Assembly (NCBI GenBank): GCA_002269645.1
Contig: NIVC01001936.1
Coordinates: 1-64,000 of the forward strand
Origin: Macrostomum lignano
Taxonomy: Eukaryota
Length of the DNA: 64,000 nucleotides
Direction of reading: 5' to 3'
In this document: in pieces, positions 1 through 10,505 of the stretch
Numbering within the stretch: position 1 is the stretch's first letter
Layout of the letters: every line of letters begins with the position of its first letter
Program-made: the position numbers and the translations under genes
Notes under the pieces: model-generated
The model's input: only the letters and a program-made list of their open reading frames with translations
What the model was told of the DNA's origin: nothing
The model's database searches: none

Positions 1-185
1 CTAATGAATGAGAAGCAGAAAGATTTTTGCTTCACTAGAGAAGATTCGAGCTGTGCTCAGTATCTATATCAAACGAGATGGCAACTAGTCCCACTTCCAC
101 TGCCCGCTCTGTCCGATCCTTTTCTGAACATATGTTTACTTTTCTACACTTTGCTGTGTGCGATTGATTCTCTGTTCGAGTAACT

Positions 186-895
186 GTCCGATTCTGTGTC
201 CGATTCTGTGTCCGATTCTGTTCCGATTCTCGATTCTGTGTCCGATCTGTGTCCGATCCTTTGTCTGAACATATGTTTACTTTTTCTACCACTTTGTTGT
301 GTGCGATTGATTCTCTGTTCGAGTAACTGTCCGATTCTGTGTCCGATTCTGTGTCGATTCTGTGTCCGATTCTGTGTCCGATTCTGTGTCCGATTCTGTG
401 TCCGATTCTGTGTCCGATTATGTGTCCGATTCTGTGTCCGATTCTGTGTCCGATTCTGTGTCCGATTCTGTGTCCGATTCTGTGTCCGATTCTGTGTCCG
501 TTTCTTGTCCAATTCTGTGTCCGATTATGTGTCCGATTCTGTGTCCGATTCTGTGTCCGATTCTGTGTCCGATTCTGTGTCCGATTCTGTGTCCGATTCT
601 GTGTCCGATTCTGTGTCCGATTCTGTGTCCGATTCTGTGTCCGATTCTGTGTCCGATTCTGTGTCCGATTCTGTGTCCGATTCTGTGTCCGATTCTGTGT
701 CCGATTCTGTGTCCAATTCTGTGTCCGATTCTGTGTCCGATTCTGTGTCCGATTCTGTGTCCGATTCTGTATCCGATTCTGTGTCCGATTCTGTGTCCGA
801 TTCTGTGTCCAATTCTGTGTTTGATTCTGTGTCCGATTCTGTACCAAATTCTCTGTCCGCTTCTCTGTCCAATTCTCTGTCCAATTCCGATTTGC
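186..895. repeat. 12-bp tandem repeat (CTGTGTCCGATT)n, preceded by a ~143-bp duplicated block
   Basis: Unit read directly from the sequence; it explains the RTQN, SDSV and CPIL repeat ORFs. Confidence 0.95.
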
Positions 896-1659
896 TGTTT
901 GATGCTGTATCCATGATCTCAATTCTACCGTCAAACCTTTAATCAATCAGCATATCCCTATATAGCGTTGGAAGAATCCCAGTATCATGCTGCTAAAGCC
1001 ACATACAGTAGAGCAACCTAATTCAGCCAACACGCCCACCACACTTGTCAGTTTGAATTTGGAAAAGCCGAACTGCAAGAGGCGCTGATGCGAGATGCCA
1101 GGCAGAATCAACTCTGCAGCTATTTATTGATTTCTTGTCAGTTCTATATATAAGCGATCTATAACGATTATGATTGAAACTTGCGAGAATTTTTTAGTAG
1201 GGATTTTACACGTTTGGGATTTAAAAAACGATTGGGATTGATATGGCTTTATATTAACATAATATTCCATGAGAGAGAGATGAAAGTTGATTATACACTA
1301 GAACTAGCTTTGACAGTAATATAGGCCTATTCATTCACGCCTCATCAGGTGCAAGCACTTTGCACGCAAGTTCGAGATCGATAAGCCTAGAAGGCTGGAG
1401 GTTTTTCTATGCTAATTATCTCACACAGTTAGTTAAGCAACGATAATGCTCAGGAATGTCACGCATGACCTGGCTGATACTGAAGTACGCAGCTATAAAG
1501 GGGCTGTTTAGAGCTTGGAGGGGAGCGCCAAGTTATTCGCGTGTTGCAAATTTAGCGCACCAAGAATATCCCGCTCTCAGGGAAGAAGCAATACCATGTG
1601 TACGTTTTCAACACTTGAGCACTTTGAACCGGCTTTTTTTGCACCGAATTTGGCGCATC

Positions 1660-1855
1660 GAACTAACTTTTGGCGCCCCCTTTGCACGAATATTGGTGCC
1701 CTTTTTTCACCAAGTCTGGCGCCCCCTTTACACCGATTTTGGTGCCCCCTTTACACCAAGTCTGGCGCCCCAATTACATCAATTTTGGCGCCTCATTTGC
1801 ACCAATTTCGGCGCCCCCTTTGCACCGGTTTTGGCGCCCCCTTTGCATCAATCTA
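1660..1855. repeat. Degenerate ~22-bp tandem repeat (TTGGCGCCCCCTTTGCACC-like)
   Basis: About 8 imperfect copies of a TGGCGCCCC core. Confidence 0.8.
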
Positions 1856-2351
1856 AGTCGCTCTCAAGCCGCGGAATGCCCTTAAAGATGCTACTCGATC
1901 TGTCATCTCACAGTCCAGCTATAAGCAGCAATAGAGCCTATCAATATGCGAAGAAGTTTTAGCCGAAAAGAAAAACTATTAACGAATTCATTAATCAAAC
2001 GAAGCGGCGCAGCGGTCACTGACTGCTGTTTAAGGGAGCAGAGATCCTGCTCTGCTTCCTCCCCCTGTCCCATATCCAATACCGGTCACAAAAAAGTTAA
2101 GCGCTTGCGCACTCTCGAAGAAGTACAGAATGCGGAGCTGAGTGAGTCAGGCTTTATAAGAGTACAGGATACTGTTGGCATCAATAGATATGCTTATTGA
2201 TGCTCCAGTGCGGCTGCAAATTCATCTAGAAATGATAAATCTATGCATCAAAAAACTGTCATCGTACCGTCCTTATTTCAGCTAAATTTGGTTTTCCGTC
2301 GAATTTATACTGTAACTTACTCTTAATTAGCAGTGAGAGATCAAACAAAAC

Positions 2352-2957
2352 TGCCGGTTTAATTGCTTAATGTACATTGAGCCCCACACTAGCGTACCGC
2401 GCCGGTTTAATTGCTTAATGTACATTGAACCCCAAACTAGCCTACCGCGCCGGTTTAATTGCTTAATGTACATTGAGCCCCACACTAGCGTACCGCGCCG
2501 GTTTAATTGCTTAATGTACATTGAGCCCCACACTAGCGTACCGCGCCGGTTTAATTGCTTAATGTACATTGAAACCCACACTAGCCTACCGCCGGTTTAA
2601 CTGCTTAATGTACATTGAAACCCACACTAGCCTACCGCCGGTTTAACTGCTTAATGTACATTGAACCCCACACTAGCGTACCGCGCCGGTTTAATTGCTT
2701 AATGTACATTGAAACCCACACTAGCCTACCGCCGGTTTAACTGCTTAATGTACATTGAACCCCACACTAGCCTACCGCCGGTTTAACTGCTTAATGTACA
2801 TTGAGCCCCACACTATCCTACCGCCGGTTTAACTGCTTAATGTACATTGAGCCCCACACTATCCTACCGCCGGTTTAACTGCTTAATGTACATTGAGCCC
2901 CACACTATCCTACCGCCGGTTTAACTGCTTAATGTACATTGGCCCCACACTATCCTA
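2352..2957. repeat. 46-48-bp minisatellite
   Basis: Unit CCGGTTTAATTGCTTAATGTACATTGAGCCCCACACTAGCGTACCGCG, about 13 copies. Confidence 0.95.
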
Positions 2958-3552
2958 GTGGCACATTTCATGTAGACCAATCTAAACCAAAGGGAATAGT
3001 CACTCAATTGATCAAAATCAATAATAAAATTCATTTTTCTCCCAGCTATTTTCAGCTAGCTATTCCATCAAGTAGCACTTTGTTGTCTTAAAAATTAAAC
3101 GAAAAATCCGCCTGCCAGCACGTATAATTTTCCTGCAATTTTCCAAAAAAATCAAAATAAGCCCGAACTTTTCTTGGCTCTTTCGGGCCAAGAATTTTTT
3201 ATTTCTGTTCTGAAGAAAACCGAGGCTCGTGATACGAGATTTTCCAACTGATGAAGCTTAAGAGACTGGAGGGCCGCTGTGTGCCTTCCGGCTTCAAAAG
3301 AATTAGTTCACACTCCAGCTTCCCAGATTTTCTCTCTATCTCTCCCTCTCTCACTCACTCTCTGCCCCGAGAACACGGCAGTGTTGGCTAAAAAATATTC
3401 TGAGATCGAAAACTAGAGTAGCATTGGGAGGATTATTGAGAGATTTAGGCTGGCATGATCCCAGCTCCCACAGGGCTCGAAGTAGTCTCAAAGCCTTTAG
3501 CTGTCTCTTACTGGCTAAAAAAGTCTCTAAAGCATCGTGTCTACACTGCTTG

Positions 3553-4381
<829 letters not shown>

Positions 4382-4888
4382 AATCATGTTGATGCACAAT
4401 GATGATTACAATGCTTTCCCAGATTCCGAGCCAAATTTTTGGAATCTGGACAGACCCCGCCTGCCCCAGAGCACTAAAGCGGGATTCATGGAATCGCAGT
4501 GGCGCCTTCGCTGCGCTGCCAGATTACAGCCGCGCTGTCCGCTTGGAAACAGGAGCCGGCATTAAAAAGCACAGAGAAGCGCAGCTTTGTTTCGCTCCTG
4601 CCACTGCTGCAAAGCCTTTGTGCCCAGTTGGCTATTGCTGCTTCTAGTAGGGCAAAATTTGCTGGCCAGACCGTGGCCGATCCATCATTATCTTTGGGGC
4701 GTTGGGGCCGCCTGCTTCTAACGGGCAGAGGCCTCCCCTTTTTTCTGGTTGCAGAAATAATACTACTGCGCTATAATTATGGATATGAATTGTGTTAGGG
4801 GATTCCCTGTCAAGTGCTTTGCTTCTTGATGTTGTTCAATAAAAAGGCCAAGCTATGTAAAAGTGCTAGATTTTAGGTAATTTCAATC

Positions 4889-5022
4889 AGTCAGTTAGTC
4901 AGTCAGTCAGTCAGTCAGTCAGTCAGTCAGTCAGTCAGTCAGTCAGTCAGTCAGTCAGTCAGTCAGTCAGTCAGTCAGTCAGTCAGTCAGTCAGTCAGTC
5001 AGTCAGTCAGTCAGACAGTCAG
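4889..5022. repeat. (AGTC)n microsatellite
   Basis: Read directly from the sequence. Confidence 0.95.
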
Positions 5023-5419
5023 TGTGTCTGCCAGGTGAGAAACCTGACTCCCATGACTTTGCCGAGCATGCTCAATTAGTTTAGTTATTATTACTCCAGT
5101 GACTTCTCGAACCTGGAGTTTCAAGGGCAGCTGATTTAAAGCGGGGTCAATGCAGGTGGGCCTCTCAATCAGCGGGCCGTGACTTTTTCTGACATCGTGG
5201 CTTGGATTTCCTCTACCGGCTTTGACAGAGTAGAAATTTTGCCAAGGCCAGCGTAAGAAAGCTGAGTCGGAGGGGCTTTCGCGTCATGCGTCATCCAACT
5301 CAGACTTTAGGCAAGATCTGCCCCTATTGGTAAAGTCGCGGTTATTAACCCTGAGAAGCTCAACCTGAGGCCTGAACAGAATACGAGCTATGCCCCAAAA
5401 ACGCCTCAATCCGACTTAA

Positions 5420-6034
5420 AACCCGCCCCTCACCCTAAGCAGAGTCCGCCCCAAAATCCGGCCTTTACCCAGAACAAAGTCCGCATCAAGATCCGCCCCA
5501 AAATCTGCTCCAAAATCCGCCCCAAAATCCGCCCCAAAATCCGCCCCAAAGTCCGCTCCAAAGTCCACCCCAAAATCCGCCCCAAAACTAAGCAGAGTTC
5601 GCCCCCAAATCCACCCCTCACTCTGAGCAGAGTCCGCCCTAAAATCTGCCCCTCACCCCGAGCAGAGTCCGCCCCAAAATCCGCCCCTCACCCTGAGCAG
5701 AGTCCGCCCATCCATCCGCCCCAAAATCCGCCCTCACCCTGAGCAGAGTCCGCCCATCCATCCGCCCCAAAATCCGCCCCTCACCCTGAGCAGAGTCCGC
5801 CCATCCATCCGCCCCAAAATCCGCCCCTCACCCTGAGCAGAGTCCGCCCATCCATCCGCCCCAAAATCCGCCCCTCACACTGAGCAGAGTCCGCCCATCC
5901 ATCCGCCCCAAAATCCGCCCCTCACCCTGAGCAGAGTCCGCCCATCCATCCGCCCCAAAATCCGCCCCTCACCCTGAGCAGAGTCCGCCCATCCATCCGC
6001 CCCAAAATCCGCCCCTCACCCTGAGCAGAGTCCG
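5420..6034. repeat. 47-bp minisatellite built from the GPCR exon end plus its splice donor, with 12-bp subrepeats
   Basis: Unit CCCTGAGCAGAGTCCGCCCATCCATCCGCCCCAAAATCCGCCCCTCA; on the minus strand it contains CTCAGG|GTGAGG. Confidence 0.9.
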
Positions 6035-6766
6035 CGCCCCGCCGGCGCCGCCAGCCCGTCCAACCGCCCCGGCGTGCCTGTCGCCGCCGCTGCGCAGAAT
6101 TCTCATCACCACCGCAGCGTAAAAGAAGACCAGCAGAATCACGGGGATGTACAGAGCCAGAGTTCGCTGCACCAGCGCAGCCGTGGGGTTCTTATAGATC
6201 GGGTGCGAGCAGGTGCTGGGATCGGCAACAGCCCGGTAGTCGGTGGCCAGCACCCACACGGGGAAGGTGAGCACGTTCCTTGCCGTAGTGAAGATCCACA
6301 AGCCAACGCAGAGTCGAATCTGGTTGGTCCGGTGCATCCAGCGCTTGTGCGCAAACACGCAGTTGGTGGCCAGGAATCGATCGAACGCCACGGCGGTGAC
6401 GCTGACCACGCCGACATTGGTGCTGACGTAGTCGCAGGTGATCCACAGGTCGCAGGCCCACATCGGCAGAGGCCAGGAGTCGAACAGGGTCGCCGCCAGG
6501 TAGCCGGGCAGCGCTGCGGCCCCGATAAGGATGTCGCTGCTCACCATCAGGCCGACGATGAGCACGTGACCGGGCACCCGGCGAACGCTGGGACTGCGCA
6601 CGAAGGCCCACATGATGACGGAGTTGACGCTGGTGATGAAGACCGATAGCAGGAGGCCCAAGCAGCCGTAGAGGGCGCGCTCGCTGGCCGAGTAGCGGCC
6701 TCTGCTGTCGGCAGCCTCGCCTGAGGAGTTTCCAATGCTCAACTCTGCTAGAGAACTGTTATGCAT
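6020..6766 (-). CDS. Class A (rhodopsin-like, aminergic-type) GPCR, first coding exon with TM1-TM5; TM6-TM7 not located
   Basis: TM1 N (FITSVNSVIM), TM2 SDILIG..LP, TM3 CDLWITCDY..FDRF (DRY-like), TM4 W, ECL2 Cys, TM5 YIPVILLVFFY; donor AGG|GTGAGG at 6019. Confidence 0.85.
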
Positions 6767-7199
6767 CGTGGCTAGAGATTAGCACGCTTTGGTAGGGGAT
6801 ATTGTTAAATTGAAAACCGAGCGCTCTGGCAAATATTCTTGGCTTATATAGCTAGAATTGAGAGAACCAGCCTCCGACATCTTACACCTGCCGGATTGGC
6901 TGGCACTGGTGGCTGACCAATCAGCTTATTCGTTTTATATTTTTTCCAGCTAACTACTTACAGTAGTTATCCAGAGTAATTCGGTCAATGTCTTGGACTA
7001 AATTGCGTGGAAAGTTATCGTTTTTTAAAATAAAATTATAGTTATGGGCAAGTATGCAATAAATTTGACGCATGGAACAATGCGAGCATGCTATTTGATG
7101 CGTGGAGAGAGGGACAAGGGAGAGAGGAGAAAGAGGGTGAGGAAAAGGGAGAGAAAAAAGAGAGGAGAGAGGGAGGAAGGGAAAGGGCGAAAAGTGAGG

Positions 7200-7590
7200 A
7201 GAAAGAGAGGGAGAGGGAGGAGAGGGAGAGGGAGAGGGAGAGGGAGGAGAGGGAGAGGGAGAGGGAGGAGAGGGAGAGGGAGAGGGAGGAGAGGGAGAGG
7301 GAGAGGGAGGAGAGGGAGAGGGAGAGGGAGAGGGAGGAGAGGGAGAGGGAGAGGGAGGAGAGGGAGAGGGAGAGGGAGGAGAGGAGAGGGAGAGGGAGGA
7401 GAGGGAGAGGGAGAGGGAGGAGAGGGAGAGGGAGAGGGAGGAGAGGAGAGGGAGAGGGAGGAGAGGGAGAGGGAGAGGGAGGAGAGGGAGAGGGAGAGGG
7501 AGAGGGAGGAGAGGGAGAGGGAGAGGGAGGAGAGGGAGAGGAGAGGGAGGAGAGGGAGAGGGAGAGAGGGAGAGAGAGAGAGAGAGAGGA
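7200..7590. repeat. GA-rich simple repeat (GGAGAG/GGA) in the left terminal repeat
   Basis: Read directly from the sequence. Confidence 0.95.
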
Positions 7591-8265
7591 GGGCGCCTCC
7601 AATCTCAGGCACGGACGCGGTACATGTAAAAAGGACAAACAAGTCAAGTTGAATTAAGTTGCCGATTTTTCGAATTAGGTAAATTCTTCGTCTGGGCAAG
7701 TGAAAAGTAGCGACAAGTGGTGTTGTAAAAGTTATTAAATAGGCGGGTTAGAGGGGAGAGAGAGTAGACAGGTAGATAGAGAGCGTACGGTATGTACACT
7801 TGGTGTGAGTCGATAAAACACTATTAGAGTTGAAAATGCAAAATAAAAAACAGTGCACAAATAAAGTGAACCGCACGTGGGCTGCAGCGATCCTACACAC
7901 GAAATAAATAATGGAGTGGTGCAACTGCCCCGGTGTCTAAAAAGGGGAAAGAGCGACTCTAAGCACTTTACAAAATGGACCTCAATAAATAAAAAAGGTG
8001 AAAAGGCCCTCAAAAACTAAAAAGAGCAATTGTACGATAAGCAAAAGAGTAAAAGTAAAAAGTGTAATAAAAAAGTACAGGCTGTCAAGAAACAATAGAA
8101 ATGTTGATGCAGAATAAATGCTGAGAATATACAAAAGCTGTGCTTGGGCTAGCGATAAGAATAAAAAAATTTCTAAGAAAGGAGCAATAAAAGGCTTGGT
8201 AGGTACCGGCACGGTCTGACAAAGGTAAGTAGAAGGGAAAGTGAAGTAAAAAATCAAAGGAAAAT

Positions 8266-10487
8266 TCAATCAGTGGTGGACTCCAGTCGACTGGGACAGA
8301 GCAGCTGCCGGAGGTTCCGCCCTTTGGTGTAGGCGGGCAGCACCGGGGCCTCGCAGCACCGGGCCATGTGGTCCTTCACCGCGGCCACCAGGGCGTCCGA
8401 CCTCGCACAATCGGGTAGGATCAGCGGGGTGGCCGGGTTGTGCAGCGTGCCGGCAAGCTCGTTGACGCCGTGCGGGGTTCGAGTCTTTAACACCTCGATG
8501 AGCTTGGCCTCGTGGCGCTGCCGCCGCTCGTTCGCTCTGGTCCCGTGCTGTAACGAGACCAGATGCCGGTGAAGGCGAAGTCCGCCAGACTGTGGCCATC
8601 ACTGGTGAAATGGCGGGCCACCGGAGTGTCACGGGCGTGCCGGATGTCGCCTATGTGCGCCAGCATGCGGCCGCGGATGCTGTTGGCGGTCTCGCCTACG
8701 TAGACCGTGTGGTCGCACCGGCGGCAGAACACGGCATAGACGGCGTTGGTGGCGTTGCAGTCGATCCGCTGACTGATGATGAGCGGGACTGTCGTGGCTG
8801 CTGATCCGGGGCAGACGGAGGCGAACCTGGCGTGCGCCTGGCAGCACCTGCACAGCCGGGTTGGGTTGCACGGCAGAAAGCCGAATTCCCACCGTCTCGT
8901 CGGGTAGAAGCCCAGCTCCGTCAGCATCTCGTACTTGATCGTGCGCAGGAACCGCCGATTGTAGCCCTGGTGTTGCACCAGACTTGAAAACAGCCCGGTG
9001 CACGCTGCGTCGAAATCGGCCATCCGGGAACACCGCCGGGCGTATCTGAGGAGCTGGGACTTCACCACGCCCCGGAACGTCCGCTTCGGGTGGAAAGAGT
9101 CGCGGTGAATGAGCGTTCGGCTGTCGGTCGGCTTAAAATACACCTTAGTTGCCAGGCGCTTAACGTCACCCTCGCGGTCCCAGAAGACGGTGGTATCCAG
9201 GAAGTTGACCTCGGTGCTGCTGTAGCTCAGCTGCAACCTGATGTTCGGGTCGAGGCCATCCAGGAGCTCGTGGAAGCGGACCAGCTCGTCTCTCGTTCCG
9301 TGCCAGACGCCGAAGATGTCGTCGATGTAGCGCAGCCACAGGGCGGGCTTATGCGGGCTGAGCTCCAGGCCCCGCTGCTCCCAGTAGCCCATGTAGATGT
9401 TACTGTAGCTGGGCGCAAACGATTTTCCCATGGCCGTGCCTTTCACTTGCAGAAAAAATTTGCCATCGAACTCGAAGTCGTTGCGCTCCAGGTTCAGCTT
9501 GAGCAAACTGAGGAGGCTCGCGTCCGGGCGTCGGGCGTCCGGGTGCTCTCTGAAGGCCCTCTGTATGCACTTGAGTCCGGCCGCGGTCGGGATGTTAGTG
9601 TAAAGGCTGGCGACGTCCATGGTGAACAGAAAGGTCTCACCCCGCGCCGGGCAGGTGATGTCTCTGATGGCCGCCTGGAAATGATCGGTATCCCTGATGA
9701 AGCTGGGCAGCTGGATGACGATCGGCTGCAGGAAGCTGTCGATGAAGCGGCCGCTGGTATATGATTCGCTGTCCACGTCAGACACGATGGGCCGGCCTGG
9801 CGGGATGTCGCCGAGCGGCCACGACTCGGCTGGCTTGTGAATCTTTGGCAGGATGTAAAAGCGTCGCGTCCGGAACTCCTCCTTCGGGCAGAAGGCGGTG
9901 AACTGGCGTTTGTCGATAAGCCTGCGGTCCAGTAGCGACTGGAAGACGGCGCGGATCCTCTGGGCCGTGAAGCGGTTGATCGGCTCGCTCAGAAACCGGT
10001 AGAAGGCCGGATCGTCTAGCTGACGCAGGCATTCACGGACATAGTCCTGCCGGTCCAGAATGACCAGCTGGCTGCCCTTGTCGGCCGGCTTGATGACGAT
10101 GGACTTGTCTGCCCGTAGATCTCGCAGTGCCTTCGCCTCCGCCTGACTGATGTTTGGAGCGTTCCTGCAGTCCCGGATGTTCTCCCTGACGTCGTCCAGC
10201 TCCGCCAGAACGGCTTGAATTTCGGGCCGGAGGCGGCTCGGATCGATGCTGGCCGTTGGGCGGCGGGGAAGCGGCGGACCGTCGTTCACCGTCAGTTCGC
10301 GCTTGAAGCCGCAAGCCGCCGACACGGCCAGACGCTCGCCAAAGTCGCGGACGCCGGACGCCAGAGACTCCGCCGAGGTGCACCGAGGAGCCACTACGAA
10401 GGACTGGCCGCGCTCCAGCAGTTGCAGTTCAGTCGGTGCGAGAGCGCGGCTGGAGAGGTTCGTCACCCTCAGTTGGGGGGGGCCCAT
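8266..10487 (-). CDS. PLE ORF2: reverse transcriptase, Cys-rich linker and GIY-YIG endonuclease; one 1-bp frameshift near 8563
   Basis: NLS..L...E..LL..G.SF, PGRPIVS, MDVASLYTNIP, GTAMGKSFAPSYSNIYM, WLRYIDDIF, VYFKPTD..SFHP, VY..FCRRC..YVGET..R..H..HF. The conserved HEAKLIEVLKTRTPHGVN end is in another frame and is restored by adding one C (ATC CTG GTC). Confidence 0.93.
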
Positions 10488-10505
10488 GGCTCGCCCCCGG
10501 CCCGC

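Noticed and set aside
35-946. Long ORFs over tandem repeats (also 3424-4565, 7042-7699, 12913-13639, 18883-19512, 31135-31805, 37657-38817, 42425-43759, 48870-50087, 55293-56308, 56455-57093, 62967-63657)
   Set aside because: They are open in several frames only because the repeat units lack stops; many lie in introns of well-supported genes.
1325-1370. Hammerhead ribozyme at minus-strand CTGATGAGGC (also CTGATGA near 54245)
   Set aside because: No GAAA follows a stem II, so the catalytic core is incomplete.
1456-2200. ORFs 1456-1962 and 1946-2200 as genes
   Set aside because: The first is partly repeat-derived, and neither has recognisable domains or convincing splice context.
6074-6649. 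GC-rich antisense ORFs (also 9090-9764, 11318-11899, 52459-53145, 55154-55567)
   Set aside because: They are shadows of real coding sequence on the opposite strand or frame, with no recognisable motifs.
8555-8570. Programmed frameshift inside the GIY-YIG domain
   Set aside because: There is no slippery site, and the same kind of 1-bp loss occurs in two host genes, which points to sequencing error.
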